A DNA stretch of 64,000 nucleotides, from the NCBI GenBank assembly GCA_963813155.1, contig CAWEYG010000003.1, forward strand, positions 448,001 through 512,000. Reading direction: 5' to 3'. How positions within the stretch are numbered: position 1 is the first letter of the stretch; every line of letters starts with the position of its first letter. The notes under the pieces are model-generated. The model was not told the DNA's origin. It searched no databases and worked only from the letters and a program-made list of their open reading frames with translations. Shown in pieces: positions 41,349-52,412 of the stretch. A program made the translations under genes and the position numbers. The stretch comes from an uncultured Acidobacteriota bacterium. GTDB taxonomy: Bacteria > Acidobacteriota > Thermoanaerobaculia > UBA5066 > DATFVB01.

Positions 41349-42119
41349 TCAGCGAGAGGAGGCTTCGTTGAGAGTCCAGTCGTAGTCCAGGTATTCGATC
41401 CGAAAACCTCCCCTCGCGAGCCACTCCCGATAACGGAAAGGCGCGGAAGCGGAAAGGACCTTCGCGACGCCGGGATTCTCGAAGTCGGCCCGGTACCAGT
41501 CGAAATACATCGGAAGCTTCGCGAGGTTCTTCTCCGGCTCAAAGCGATAGAGGTCCGGGCGCGACATCCAGGCACGCAGGCGATCGTCCTCGCGCGCAGA
41601 GAGTCCTTCGGCCGCGTACGCCCGACGGTCGAGGGGCGGGCACGATTTCGAAGCGCACACGAGTATCGCGTGAATACGGTAGCCTCCCAGCGCCACCGCC
41701 GTGTGCTCGATCTCGTCCAGTGAGTATTTCTCGCCGCCGATCCCGTGCGATTCCGCCGTGAACGCGCCGGGGATCGACCGGATCCCCGCGACCGGATAGT
41801 GCTCCAGGATCGTCCGGACGATGAACGCGTTGTATGCGTTGGCGAGCAGGGCGATTTTCTCGTCGGCCGAAGGATTGCCGCCCGGGGCGTCGAATTTCGC
41901 GAGATAGGCGTCCAGGGCCCTCGAGTCGGCGGCGTTTTGCTTCCAGCTTGCATAGGAGACGAGACCCCGCTCGTCGACGTGCCTTTCCAGGAGGCGGGTC
42001 CAGGCGGAAGAGTCGAACGGCGCGGGAAACGACCTGACGGGCTTTTCCGCGGACGAGAGAGGCACCGTAAATGCGAGGACCAGGGCCAACGCGGCCGCTC
42101 GCGCGATCAATCCTTCCAC
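41349..42119 (-). CDS. DUF547 domain exported protein
   Basis: LLERHVDERGLVSY, NAYNA, SLDEIEH, RIHAILVCASKSCPPL, YDWTLN. Confidence 0.88.
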   Translation of the reverse strand: MEGLIARAAALALVLAFTVPLSSAEKPVRSFPAPFDSSAWTRLLERHVDERGLVSYASWKQNAADSRALDAYLAKFDAPGGNPSADEKIALLANAYNAFIVRTILEHYPVAGIRSIPGAFTAESHGIGGEKYSLDEIEHTAVALGGYRIHAILVCASKSCPPLDRRAYAAEGLSAREDDRLRAWMSRPDLYRFEPEKNLAKLPMYFDWYRADFENPGVAKVLSASAPFRYREWLARGGFRIEYLDYDWTLNEASSR

Positions 42120-44116
42120 GGCCGGATGTCGGCGATCTCCCACGCCCGCCCGTCGATCTCGACGGACTCCCCCGGTCTCTTGCCGATGAGTTTCTGCGCG
42201 AATTCCGACTGGTACGAGTAGACAGCCGCCTCGGGGTTCGAATCCCAGGGCCCGAGAATCGTCGCAAGCTTCGTTTCGCCATTCGAGAGAAGCTTCAGAC
42301 GGGTACCCACGCGCACGGCGGACGCATCCACCTTCGCGAGCTCGAGAGGCCGCGCGCGCGCCATTTCCTGTTGCAGCGCCGCCGCCCGGGAAGAGAGAAA
42401 TTCCTGCCGGGCCCGAGCCGCGTGGTACTCGAAATTCTCGCTCAGGTCGCCCATCGCGGCGGCCTCCTGGATCGCGCGCCCGTTCTTCGGGATTTCCACC
42501 GACAACAATTGCTCGAGCTCGGCGCGCCGCTGCGCGAGAGACTCGGGCGTCACATACAGGGGCTCGACCTTCGGGCCTCGCAGATCCGGAAACCTCCGAT
42601 GAAGCGCCTGCTTGAAATCCTCGCGACGGAAGTCTTCCAAACCGGGAGCCCGCTCGATCGCCGTCAGAATTCGCCTCGCCTCCTCCTCGTCCGGGATCTT
42701 CGCGACCAGTTCGAGAGCGAGGCCTCCCCGGTCGAACAGGGCTTTCACCTTCGCACGGTAGGGAGCGAACTCCGTCGCCCGAAGAGCCTCCGGAAGGGCC
42801 GAAACGAGGGCCTGCGCGTCCCAGAGCTCGCCTGCACCTTCGATCTCGGAGCGCTTTTCGGCGAGCCAGAGATACGCCCGGGGAGCCGTTTTCGGAGCGC
42901 GGACGATCCGCTCGAGGAGCCGCCGCCTCTCCGCCGGCGCCCGTTCCCGAAGGGCGTTGTCGAGAAAGGCGAGGACCCGCGAATCCTCTTCCTGACAGAA
43001 GAGGATCGAAAAAATCTCCGGCACGTCGCCGGGATCGCGTTCCTGGATGAGCCGGTAGGAGCGCATTCGAAGTCCGGGGTCCGGCAGCTCCCTCGCCCGC
43101 TCCACGCCCTTCGCCCCGGCGAGGAGCTCGGCGACGGACATCGGCGACGCGACGCCCGGACGGTTCTCTTCGAGAAAGAACGCGATCTCGAGCGAAGGGC
43201 TCTTTCCCCCGAGCCGGCCGAGCTCGCCGGAGAGCTGCTCGGAAAAGTGCTCCGAAAGCTCGGCTCGCCGCGAATGCTGGCGGGCGATCGCGAGCTTGCG
43301 GACCGCGTCCGCGCGGTCGAACTCCTCCCGGACGGAGTCGGTCGCCGCCTGCGTCGAGCCGGTCCACGAGTACAGGGCATTCTTGCCGGCTCCGGAAAGC
43401 ACGAGCTGCGGGTGCTTGCGCGACGCGTTCCAGAAAGACGTCCACTTTTCCGGCGCGACGACGCCCGTGAAAGCCTCTTTGATCTCGACGGCGGTGAGCG
43501 GGCGCCCCACGCTCTGCAGGAGATGTCGGACCGTCTCGGCAGGATCGGCCGAGGCGCGCGCCGCGAGACCGGCTCGGTCTTCGTACCGCTCGCGGCGGAA
43601 GTCGCCCTTCGGAAGCGGGATCAGGTTCTTCGCGGCCGCGCCCGGAGGAAGAGACAGCTTTTCTCCGCGTTCGAACTCGAACCGAACCGAATCGATCGCC
43701 GGGTTGAGGTCCACGACGCGCCCGGCGCCGTGCCCGGCGAAATAGAAGACGTCGCCCGGAGAGAAGGCCAGCCAGCGGCGGAGCTTCTCCGCGGCTTCCA
43801 CCACGGAGACCTTCGGCTTCAGGTAATGCGCGAGCAGGGCTTCCAGCGAGGGGTGCTTCGGGTACGCCTCCCGGAACGCCTCGGCCATTTCCTCGGCCGT
43901 TGCCGCCCGGGGCGGAAACGCGCGCGCAATCTCCAGGAGCGTTTCGAGCCTCGCCCCCGGAAGCCCCTTCTCGCGCTGCACTTCCGCGAGGCGCGCGAGC
44001 AGGGTCCTCGGTTTTTCCTTCTCTCCCCGCTTCTTGAGCTCGCGCGTGAATTCGAAGAGCGGGCCGACGTCCTCCGGCGAGCCTTCCATGGACTCCAGGA
44101 ACTCGTCTTCGGTCAT
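42107..44116 (-). CDS. greA: Long-form GreA/GreB family elongation factor (about 510-aa N-terminal extension)
   Basis: C-terminal GDLSENFEYHAAR, ILGPWDS, SYQSEFAQKLIGK. Confidence 0.82.
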   Translation of the reverse strand: MTEDEFLESMEGSPEDVGPLFEFTRELKKRGEKEKPRTLLARLAEVQREKGLPGARLETLLEIARAFPPRAATAEEMAEAFREAYPKHPSLEALLAHYLKPKVSVVEAAEKLRRWLAFSPGDVFYFAGHGAGRVVDLNPAIDSVRFEFERGEKLSLPPGAAAKNLIPLPKGDFRRERYEDRAGLAARASADPAETVRHLLQSVGRPLTAVEIKEAFTGVVAPEKWTSFWNASRKHPQLVLSGAGKNALYSWTGSTQAATDSVREEFDRADAVRKLAIARQHSRRAELSEHFSEQLSGELGRLGGKSPSLEIAFFLEENRPGVASPMSVAELLAGAKGVERARELPDPGLRMRSYRLIQERDPGDVPEIFSILFCQEEDSRVLAFLDNALRERAPAERRRLLERIVRAPKTAPRAYLWLAEKRSEIEGAGELWDAQALVSALPEALRATEFAPYRAKVKALFDRGGLALELVAKIPDEEEARRILTAIERAPGLEDFRREDFKQALHRRFPDLRGPKVEPLYVTPESLAQRRAELEQLLSVEIPKNGRAIQEAAAMGDLSENFEYHAARARQEFLSSRAAALQQEMARARPLELAKVDASAVRVGTRLKLLSNGETKLATILGPWDSNPEAAVYSYQSEFAQKLIGKRPGESVEIDGRAWEIADIRPWKD

Positions 44117-44191
44117 CCTTGGGCGCACCCCGTCTGCATCCGGTGATCATATCCCGCGAACTCGAATCGCGACATCGGCTAGGCTCTCCTC

Positions 44192-45073
44192 ATGACCGGC
44201 TCACGGGCGACGGCCCGACAGAGGCTCGCGGTGGCCCTCGGCATCTCGGCGACGATCGTCATCGCCGAGGTGACCGGCGGAATCGTGTCGAACAGTCTCG
44301 CTCTCCTCGCCGACGCCGGCCACGCTCTCACCGATTTCGCGGCGCTGCTCCTCTCCTACATCGCCGTGCGGTTCGCGGAACGGTCCGCCTCGCCGCGCCA
44401 CACCTTCGGGCTGTACCGGGCGGAGATCCTCGCCGCTTTCATCAACGCCCAGGTTCTCCTGCTCGCCTGCGGAGCGATTCTGTACGAGTCGTATCGCCGG
44501 ATCGCCCATCCCGCCGACGTCGCCCCGCTTCCGATGCTGCTGTTCGGCGTCTTCGCCCTCGTCGCGAACGGAATCTCGCTGCGGTTCCTCCATTCCCACC
44601 GCGAAGCCAGCCTGAACCTGAAGGGCGCGTATCTCGAAGTTGCCTCCGACACACTCGCCTCGGCGGCCGTCATCGCCGCGGCCGCCGTCATCGCGAAGAC
44701 CGGCCTCCGGTGGGTCGATCCGGCGCTTTCCGCGGCGATCGCCCTGTTCATCCTCCCCCGGACACTCTCGCTGCTGCGCCATTCCGCCCACATCCTGCTC
44801 GAAGGCGCCCCTTCCGACATCGACCAGGCGGATCTCCGCGGGCTGCTGTGCCGGCTTCCCGGCGTGCTCTCGATTCACGACCTCCACCTCTGGACACTGA
44901 CGTCGGGAGTCCATTACGCGAGCCTCCACGTAGCGATCACCCCGGATGCCGACGCCCCGGAGGTCCTTCTCCGCGTGCAGGACTGCCTTCGCCGGGAGAA
45001 GGGCATCGACCACGCTACGATCCAGATCGAAGTCTGCGAGACGTCGGAGTGCGACCCCGCTCCGACACACTGA
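44192..45073 (+). CDS. Cation diffusion facilitator (CzcD/ZitB-like)
   Basis: SLALLADAGHALTD, NLKGAYLEVASD, HDLHLWTLTSG, HATIQIE. Confidence 0.93.
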   Translation: MTGSRATARQRLAVALGISATIVIAEVTGGIVSNSLALLADAGHALTDFAALLLSYIAVRFAERSASPRHTFGLYRAEILAAFINAQVLLLACGAILYESYRRIAHPADVAPLPMLLFGVFALVANGISLRFLHSHREASLNLKGAYLEVASDTLASAAVIAAAAVIAKTGLRWVDPALSAAIALFILPRTLSLLRHSAHILLEGAPSDIDQADLRGLLCRLPGVLSIHDLHLWTLTSGVHYASLHVAITPDADAPEVLLRVQDCLRREKGIDHATIQIEVCETSECDPAPTH

Positions 45074-45166
45074 TTCTCAACCCCTCCGATAAATCCGAAG
45101 TCGCGCCGGGTACGAGTGCAAGGCAGAAGAGTTTCCCTTTTGCTCAATACTCGGAAGGAGGACCCT

Positions 45167-46685
45167 ATGGTGACAAGTTGGAAGAGGCCCGGGGCAGCCG
45201 TTCTCGGGCTGGTCGCCGCGCTGGGCGTGTGCCTGGCGGCCGGCCGGGCCGGGGCGTCGAGCCACAGTGAAGCGCCCCTGATCTCCCTCGACCCGGCGGT
45301 CGACAACTGCGACGTCTACTTTTTCCTGGACCCGAACCGTCCCGGCATGGCGGTGATGCTCGCGACGTTCAACGGCCTGTCGAACCCTGCGTCCGGGCCG
45401 AACTACAAGAGTTTCGCCGAGAACGCCCGCTACGACCTGAAGATCGACAACGACGGCGACGGCGCTCACGACATCACGTACCGATTCCTGTTCACGAACC
45501 ACCGTCGCAGCGACGAGACCTTCCTCTACAACACCGGCCCGATCGCCAGCGTGAGCGACCCGAACCTGAACGTCTATCAGACCTTCGTCGTTCAGAAAAT
45601 CGTCGGCTCGCCGGGCAACCCCTCTCCCTCTCAGATCACGGTCGTCGGAGGCGGAGACGCGTCTCAACCCTTCTACACGGTTCCCTGGAACATCGGCCCG
45701 AAGTCGTACCCGAACAACGCGTACCACTCGATCACGGACGGCATCTATTCGACCACGGATGGCGGCACGGTGGCGTGCGGCCCCCGCGCCGATCCTTTCT
45801 TCGTCGATCTCCAGACGATTTTCGACCTCATCAACCTCGCGGGACCCACGAGCCGGCCCGGGATCGGCGTTGGAAACACGGGAGGCGGCAAGAACACGCT
45901 CAACGGGTTCAACGTGATGGCGATCATGCTCGAAGTCCCCGTTTCCGACATCACGAAGAACCACGACACTCCGACCGACGCCACGAATCCGGACGCGATC
46001 GTCGGGTCTCTGGTCGACGACGAGCCGTCCCGCGACCCGAGTCCTCAACGGGGATGGAACGACGACCGAGTCGGGCAACTACGTGCAGGTTTCGCGCCTG
46101 GGAGCGCCGCTCATCAACGAGGTCCTCATCGCGCTCGGCGACAAGGACCTCTGGAACGCCACCGCGCCGAAGGACGACCACGCCTTCGTCGACGAGTACT
46201 ACCGCCATTCCGAGGTCGCCGGGCTGCTCAAGGCGCTCTTCGGAATCGAATCCCCCGCGGAACCCCGCGAAGACATCGTGGAGGCCCTCGCGACGGGAAT
46301 CCCGGGCCTGAACCATCGCCCCGGCGAGGTCGAAGCCGACGAGCTGCGTCTCAACGTCGCCATTCCTCCGGTCCACATCGCCGACGCGAACTCGCTCGGC
46401 GTGATTGCAGGAACAACGCGGGCTTCCCGAACGGCAGGCGCACGTGCGACGACGTCGTTGACATCGAGCTCCGGGTCATCGCCGGCGGCACGGTCCTCAC
46501 GCCGGACTTCGACCACGCTCCGAACAACGAGCTCGGCGATGAGGTGGACGCGCCCGACTCCGCATGCTCGACCTCGTTCCCGTTCATGATCACTCCCTAC
46601 CAGGGTTTCGCCGACCCGCACGCCAGGAGCGCCCGCCCCGTCCACTCCGCGGGAGCGCTCGCCCCGGCGAAACTCCTCGAACTGA
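45167..46685 (+). CDS. DUF4331 domain secreted protein; frameshifts near 46010 and 46410, end approximate
   Basis: Signal peptide then ASSHSEAP, DNCDVYFF, GPRADPFFVDL, QVSRLGAPLINEV, GFPNGRR..DDVVDI. Confidence 0.82.
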
Positions 46686-46692
46686 CCGGCCG

Positions 46693-47963
46693 ATGGATTT
46701 CCTCGTCTCTCTTCTGGTTCTCGCCGCCGTGCCCGCGGGCACGGCGGCGCCCTCTTCCCCTTCGGCGGCGGACGCGGCCCGCGAGGCGTTTGCAGGCCCG
46801 GATCTCGTCCGCGAAGGACTCCTGCCGCCGCCGCCCGGACTCCCGCCGCGCTCGACGACTCGCGGGCGCCCTCCCGCGACACGCCTCACCCATGCCGCGG
46901 AAACGGTCGCAGTGGCACAGGAAGCGATCGAGAGGGCCCTCACTCTCGATCCCCGCGACTTCGACGCGCGCCGCATGGAGGCCTCGGTGCGGCTCACGAA
47001 TCACGAGTTCGCGCGGGTCGAACGCGACTGCCTCTCTCTCCTCGCGGAACGCCCGCGAGACGTCGACGTCCTCGGAATGCTGGCCGACTCCCGCATGGAA
47101 GCGGGCCGCTATCCCGAAGCCGTCGAGACGATGCCAGCGCATGGTCGACATCCGCCCGGGACTTCCGGCGTACAGCCGCGTTTCCTACGCCCGCGAAATC
47201 CACGGCGAACTGGACAGGCGCGCTGACGGCCATGGACATGGCGATCGCGGCCGGTGACGCGTCCGATCCGGAGTCGCTCGCCTGGTGCCTCTCCCGGTCG
47301 GGTCTCCTCGCGTGGAAGCTGGGGAGAATCGAAGAAGCCGGCCGGCGCGACCTCGAGGCGCTCGCCCTCTTTCCGGAGTGTTCCTACGCCCACGAAGGGC
47401 TCGGCCGCCTCGCGGCCGCCCGGGGAGACCTCGCCGAAGCGGCGCGCCGGTTCGAGAAGGCGTTCTCGCTCGTTCCGTGGCCGCAGTACGCGGTCGCGCG
47501 CTACGAGGTTGCAATCCGACAGAACGACGCTCGCGGCGCCGCGCGGTGGCGGGGTCTCGTGGAGGCCCTCGAGAAGCTCTCCACTTCCGCCGGTCTCTTC
47601 AACCGCGTGCTCGCCGGCTTCGAGGCCGACTACGGCGACGCCGAACTCTCAGTGCGGATGACCGCCGCCGAGTTGGCCGGCCGAAAGGACGTCTACGGCT
47701 GGGAAGCCTACGCCTGGGCGCTTCATCGCGCCGGACGAAGCGCGGACGCTGCCGAAGCGGAGTCTCGCGCGGTCGCGCTCGGAACGCAGGATCCGATCCT
47801 GGATCTCCATGCCGCCGAGGTCTTCGCCGCGGCCGGCGATCCCGCCCGAGCCCTGCGTCACGCGCAACGGGCGAACGAAGAGAATCCCGAACCTCTGATC
47901 TGCCGGGAGGGCGCTCCCGCAAAGCTGATCGCGCGGCTCTCCGCGGCGAAGGCGGGCGCGTGA
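46693..47963 (+). CDS. Exported tetratricopeptide-repeat protein; frameshifts near 47130-47220
   Basis: TPR-like helices; RP.LPAYSRVSYAREIHG, YAWALHRAG; usual DUF4331 partner. Confidence 0.75.
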
Positions 47964-49751
47964 GAAGCGTTCGAGCGCTTCTGGCGGCCTCCGTTCTCGG
48001 CCTCGCGGTTCCGGCCGTCTCCGGCCATCCGATGGGGAATTTCAGCGTGAACCGCTACGCGCGTCTGGAGCCGTCCGATCGCGGCGTCACTCTGCTTTAC
48101 CTGGTGGATTTCGCGGAAATTCCCTCCTTCCAGGAACTTTCGAAGTTCCCCGACCTCGCGGCAAATCTCGACCCCGCGTCGCTGAACCAGGCGCCACGCG
48201 GATCGCCCTGGCGAAGGACCTCGAGTCCGCCTGGCTGCCGGACTGACGCTCTCCAGGGACGCCGGACCGATCCGGTTCCATCGCGAAGGAAGCGTCGATT
48301 CGATTCTCGGCGGGAGCAGGCGGCCTTCCGACGATGAAGCTCGAGATCGAGGGGTCGGCGGCGTGGCCCAAGGATTTCGAAGTGAAGACCCTTCGCTATG
48401 CCGACGAGAACGCCCCGGACCGGCTCGGCTGGCGCGAAGTCGTGGTGCGTCCGGCGAGGGAGTGGTCGTCTCGGGCGACTTCACGACGATCGACCGAAGC
48501 CGCGAGCTGACCGACTACCCCGCGGACCCCACGGCGGACATTCCGCAGATCGTGACAACGACCATTGGCGTCTCCTTCGCGGTAGCCCGAGCCGAGTCCG
48601 CTCGCGACACCTTCTCGTCACGGCCGCGAAACTCGCGGCGGTTTGGATGGCCTCGCTCGATCCGCGGTTCCGCGACTCCGGCTCGGCCATATCAGGATCG
48701 CTCAGACGACGACGGCCGTGCGCCTCGAAGGATCGCTAGCGGACCCGGCTTCGGGCCGTCGAGCTTCGCTCGGTCCCTGGCCGCCGTTACCGCTTCCACG
48801 CCTTCTCAGCGGAGGCATGGGCGCGTCGCCAGTCGAGCGAAGCCGGCCGAGCGGCGCGGGCTGACGGCCGCCGCGCGGGCTGGTCTTGCGCGAGATCCCG
48901 AGGGAAAGCGAATCTGCGGCCGATGAGCGCGCGCAGAACGAGTACTTGCCGAGCGAAGCAGGGCGCGGGGCAGCAGTGTCCTCGAGCTCGGGATTGGCCG
49001 AGCGAACGTCATTCCCGGGCCGGAGACCGCTTCGCCGATCTCGTCGCGCGCAGGCAACTGACGCCAGGGGATCGTTCTACTCTCGCTCGTGATCGCGGCC
49101 AGTCTCGGGGGCCTGCACGCGCTCTCGCCCGGTCACGGCAAAACGATCGTCGCGGCCTATCTCGTCGGATCGCGAGGCACGGCGAAGCACGCTCTCCTCC
49201 TCGGCCTCGTCGTCACGGCTTCCCACACGATCGGTGTCTTCCTTCTCGGCATCGTCACCCTCGCGCTGTCGAAGGCCGTCGTGCCGGAGAAGCTCTACCC
49301 CGCGATCCAGTTCCTGTCCGGCGTCACGATCGTCGTCATTGGCGTGGCCCTGTTCGTTCGGCGGCTCGCGCGCCGCGGCCCTGAATCGCACGGCCACTCG
49401 CACGCCGTCGAGGTGCCCCGCGAGGCTCCCACAGCGTCCGCGCTGCTCGCCCTCGGGGTGTCGGGAGGAATCCTGCCGTGCCCTTCCGCGCTCGTCGTGC
49501 TCCTTTCGGCGATCGCGCTCCACCGAACCGGGTTCGGGCTCGTGCTCATCGTCTCGTTCTCGGCGGGTCTCGCCGCCGTCCTGTCCGCGATCGGCATCCT
49601 CGTCGTCCGTGCGGGAAGGCTCCTCGGAAAATTCGAATCCGCGGGCGTGTGGGCCCGAAGGCTGCCCGCGTTTTCCGCTCTGCTCATCGGCGCGCTGGGC
49701 CTCGCGATCGCCGCGCGCGCTTTCACGGATATCCAGAAGGCCTTCTTTTGA
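47960..49751 (+). CDS. Ni/Co transporter (RcnA/NiCoT-like) with N-terminal periplasmic domain; frameshifted and interrupted near 48590-49015
   Basis: HPMGNFSVNRY N-terminus; HALSPGHGKT, SHT.GV, HGHSH, GILPCPSA. Confidence 0.75.
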
Positions 49752-49767
49752 CGGCGGGAGGACGATC

Positions 49768-50473
49768 ATGAACGGATCTCTGCTGGGAACGCTCGCCCTG
49801 GGATTCGTGCTCGGGCTGAAGCACGCTCTCGACGCCGACCATCTCGTGGCCGTTTCCACGATCGTCGGCCGCGAAAAATCCGTCTGGAAGTCGTCGATCG
49901 TCGGGGCGGTCTGGGGCATGGGGCACACGGCTGTCGCTCTTCGTCGCCGCGGTGGGCGTGATCCTCTTGAAGCTGACGATTTCGGCGCGCGCATCCCTGA
50001 CTCTCGAGTTCGGCGTGGGACTCATGCTGATTCTCCTGGGGCTCGATCTTTTGCGCCGCGTCCTGAAGGGAGAGATCTCGATCCACTCCCACACCCACGA
50101 CGGCGAGGAGCGCGAGCACCTTCATCTCCACGCGGGAATCCCGGATCTCCACCGTTCTCACCACGCCGTCGGCAAACGCCCGTTCTTCGTCGGCCTCGTG
50201 CACGGCCTCGCGGGAAGCGCCGCCCTCATGCTCTTCGTTCTGACGACGATCACGAACCCCTGGATCGGCCTCGTCTACGTGCTCATCTTCGGCGCGGGAA
50301 CGATCGGCGGAATGCTCGTGATGTCCGCTGTCATCGGCCTTCCCTTCGCTCTCGCCAACAGGGTGTTCGCCGGCCTCGTCGGAAAGATCCAGTTCGCCGC
50401 GGGACTCGGTTCGCTCGGCTTCGGAATCTTCTACGCCTGGCGGATCGCGGTTCAATTGAAGATCGGTTCCTGA
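49768..50473 (+). CDS. UreH/SodT-like nickel permease; frameshift near 49940
   Basis: GLKHALDADH, WGMGH, HSHTHDGEEREHLHLH, GLVHGLAGSA. Confidence 0.82.
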
Positions 50474-50486
50474 AAGGAGGATCCCC

Positions 50487-51002
50487 ATGCTGCATCCCCG
50501 GTTTCGGCCCCTCGTACTCGCCCTGGTGTTTTTCGCCTCTCTCGCGCCGTTCGCGGCGTCCGGCAGCGGCGGCGCCCGCGGCCTCGGAAGGCCCGAGCCT
50601 CTACAAGCGGCTCGGCGGCTACGACGCCATCGCGGCGGTGACCGACGACTTCCTCGGCCGGCTGCGGGGGTTTCCGGGGTCCGATCCGCGACGACTCGCT
50701 GGTCGCCGACGCCGCTTCCCGGCATCGAGGAGAAGTTCCTGGCGCACGACGACGCACGCGGCGTGACGACCCGCCTCCTGCGCTTCGCTCCCGGCACGCG
50801 CTACCCGAAACACCGGCACGCCGGCACCGAAGAGATCTTCGTCCTGGAGGGCTCCCTGACGATCAACGGACTGCTCCTCTCGGCCGGCGACTACTGCCGC
50901 TCGGAAACGGGCACGGAAGAGGAAGACACGTTCTCGGAAACCGGCGGCATGGCGATCGTGATTTCCTCCGATCGCGACGAGATTCGGGCCGCCGCCCCCT
51001 GA
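50487..51002 (+). pseudogene. Chimera: exported group I truncated hemoglobin N-terminus joined to a ChrR-like cupin
   Basis: SLYKRLGGYDAIAAVTDDFLGRL (one frame) ends abruptly near 50665; then LLRFAPGTRYPKHRHAGTEEIFVLEG. Confidence 0.6.
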
Positions 51003-51023
51003 CCCGCGGCCGACGGACGAAGC

Positions 51024-51621
51024 ATGAAGGAGTCCTCGGGAGAAGCCCGGACCGACGACGCGCGAATCATGCGCCGGATCGCCGCGGGCGAAGGCGACGC
51101 CCTGGGAGACCTCTACGACCTTTACTTCGCCGCGCGTGCTCGGACTCACGACGCGAATTCTCGCGGACCCGGAGGAAGCGCAGGACGTTCTCCAGGACGT
51201 GTTTCTCCACGTCTGGAGGAACCCTTCTCACTACGCCCCCGACCGCGGAAGCCTGCTCACGTGGATCCTGATCCTCGCCAGGAGCCGCGCGATCGACCGT
51301 CTTCGTTCCCTGAGGAGACGAGGCCGCGACCGGCAGGTCGATCTGTCGGAGTGCCAGGTCCCGTCGGCGGAGGACCTCGAGCGGACGGCGGGCCTGCGCC
51401 AGGAGGGGCGGGCGGTTTACCGGGTGCTTTCCGAGCTCCCGCTCGACCAGCGACAGGCCCTGGAGCTCGCGTATTTCGGCGGATACACCCAGACCGAGAT
51501 CGCGACGCTGACGGGGGCTCCCCTGGGCACGGTCAAAACGCGGCTGCGCCAGGGGCTCATGAAACTGCGCGACGGGTATCGGGCGTACTTCAACCGTGAG
51601 GAGCCCTTTGGCGCACACTGA
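51024..51621 (+). CDS. ECF sigma factor (SigK-like); frameshift near 51130
   Basis: AQDVLQDVFLHVW, ARSRAIDRLR, LAYFGGYTQTEIA, PLGTVKTRLRQGL. Confidence 0.88.
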
Positions 51622-52380
51622 GTTTCTGGGCGAGCTGGCGGGGATCAGCCGCGCTCGGAGCCCTCGACGGTTCCGATCGCGACGCGTTCGAAGGCCACCT
51701 TCAGGAGAGGTGCCCGGCGTGCGAGACCGCGCTCGCAGCCTGGCGACGCGACCTCTCCCTCGTCGCGCTCTCGGTTCCGGAGGTCGTCCCTCCCGCAGAG
51801 CTCCGCGCCCGGCTGCTCGAAACGCGCCGGGGGATTCCGGCGTCCGCGCCGCCGAGGAGACCCGCGGCCGCCGTCCGCTGGCTCGCGCTCGCGGCGGCAG
51901 TTCTGCTCGGCTTCCTCGCGATCGACGACGTCGCGCGCCGCCGTTCCGCTCGCGAATCGCAGAAACGCGCCGCGGTCCTGTCCGTACAGCTGGAGCGAAG
52001 CCGCGAGGATCTCGCGCGGAAGGATCTCCGCGCCCGCTTTCTCGAGGACCCCAACGTCCAGACGATCCTCCTTTCGGGCCAGGCCGCCGCGCCGGGCTCC
52101 CGCGGAAAAATCCTGTTCAGCTCCCGGGCGCGCCGGGCGATCCTCGTCGCGGCCAGGGCTTCCGGCGCTTCCGCCGGGCCGGCAATATGAGCTCTGGTTC
52201 ATCGCCGGCGGAAAGCCGATCGCCGCCGGCACCTTCGACCCGTCCGCCCTGGGCGCGACGATTTTCGAATCGACGCCGCTGCCCGAAAGCGCCGCTCCCG
52301 TCGAGAAGTTTGCGGTCACGATCGAGCCGCTCGGAGGCGTACCACAGCCGACGGGAGCGATGGTGCTCCTCGGCGGCTAG
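51609..52380 (+). CDS. Anti-sigma factor (ZAS zinc finger, TM, RskA domain); frameshifted
   Basis: FEGHLQERCPACE, PPAELRARLL, TM helix, YELWFI...AGTF, FAVTIEPLGGVPQPTG. Confidence 0.8.
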
Positions 52381-52412
52381 CGCACTCGAACCCGGCATAT
52401 GATCGCGAGCGA

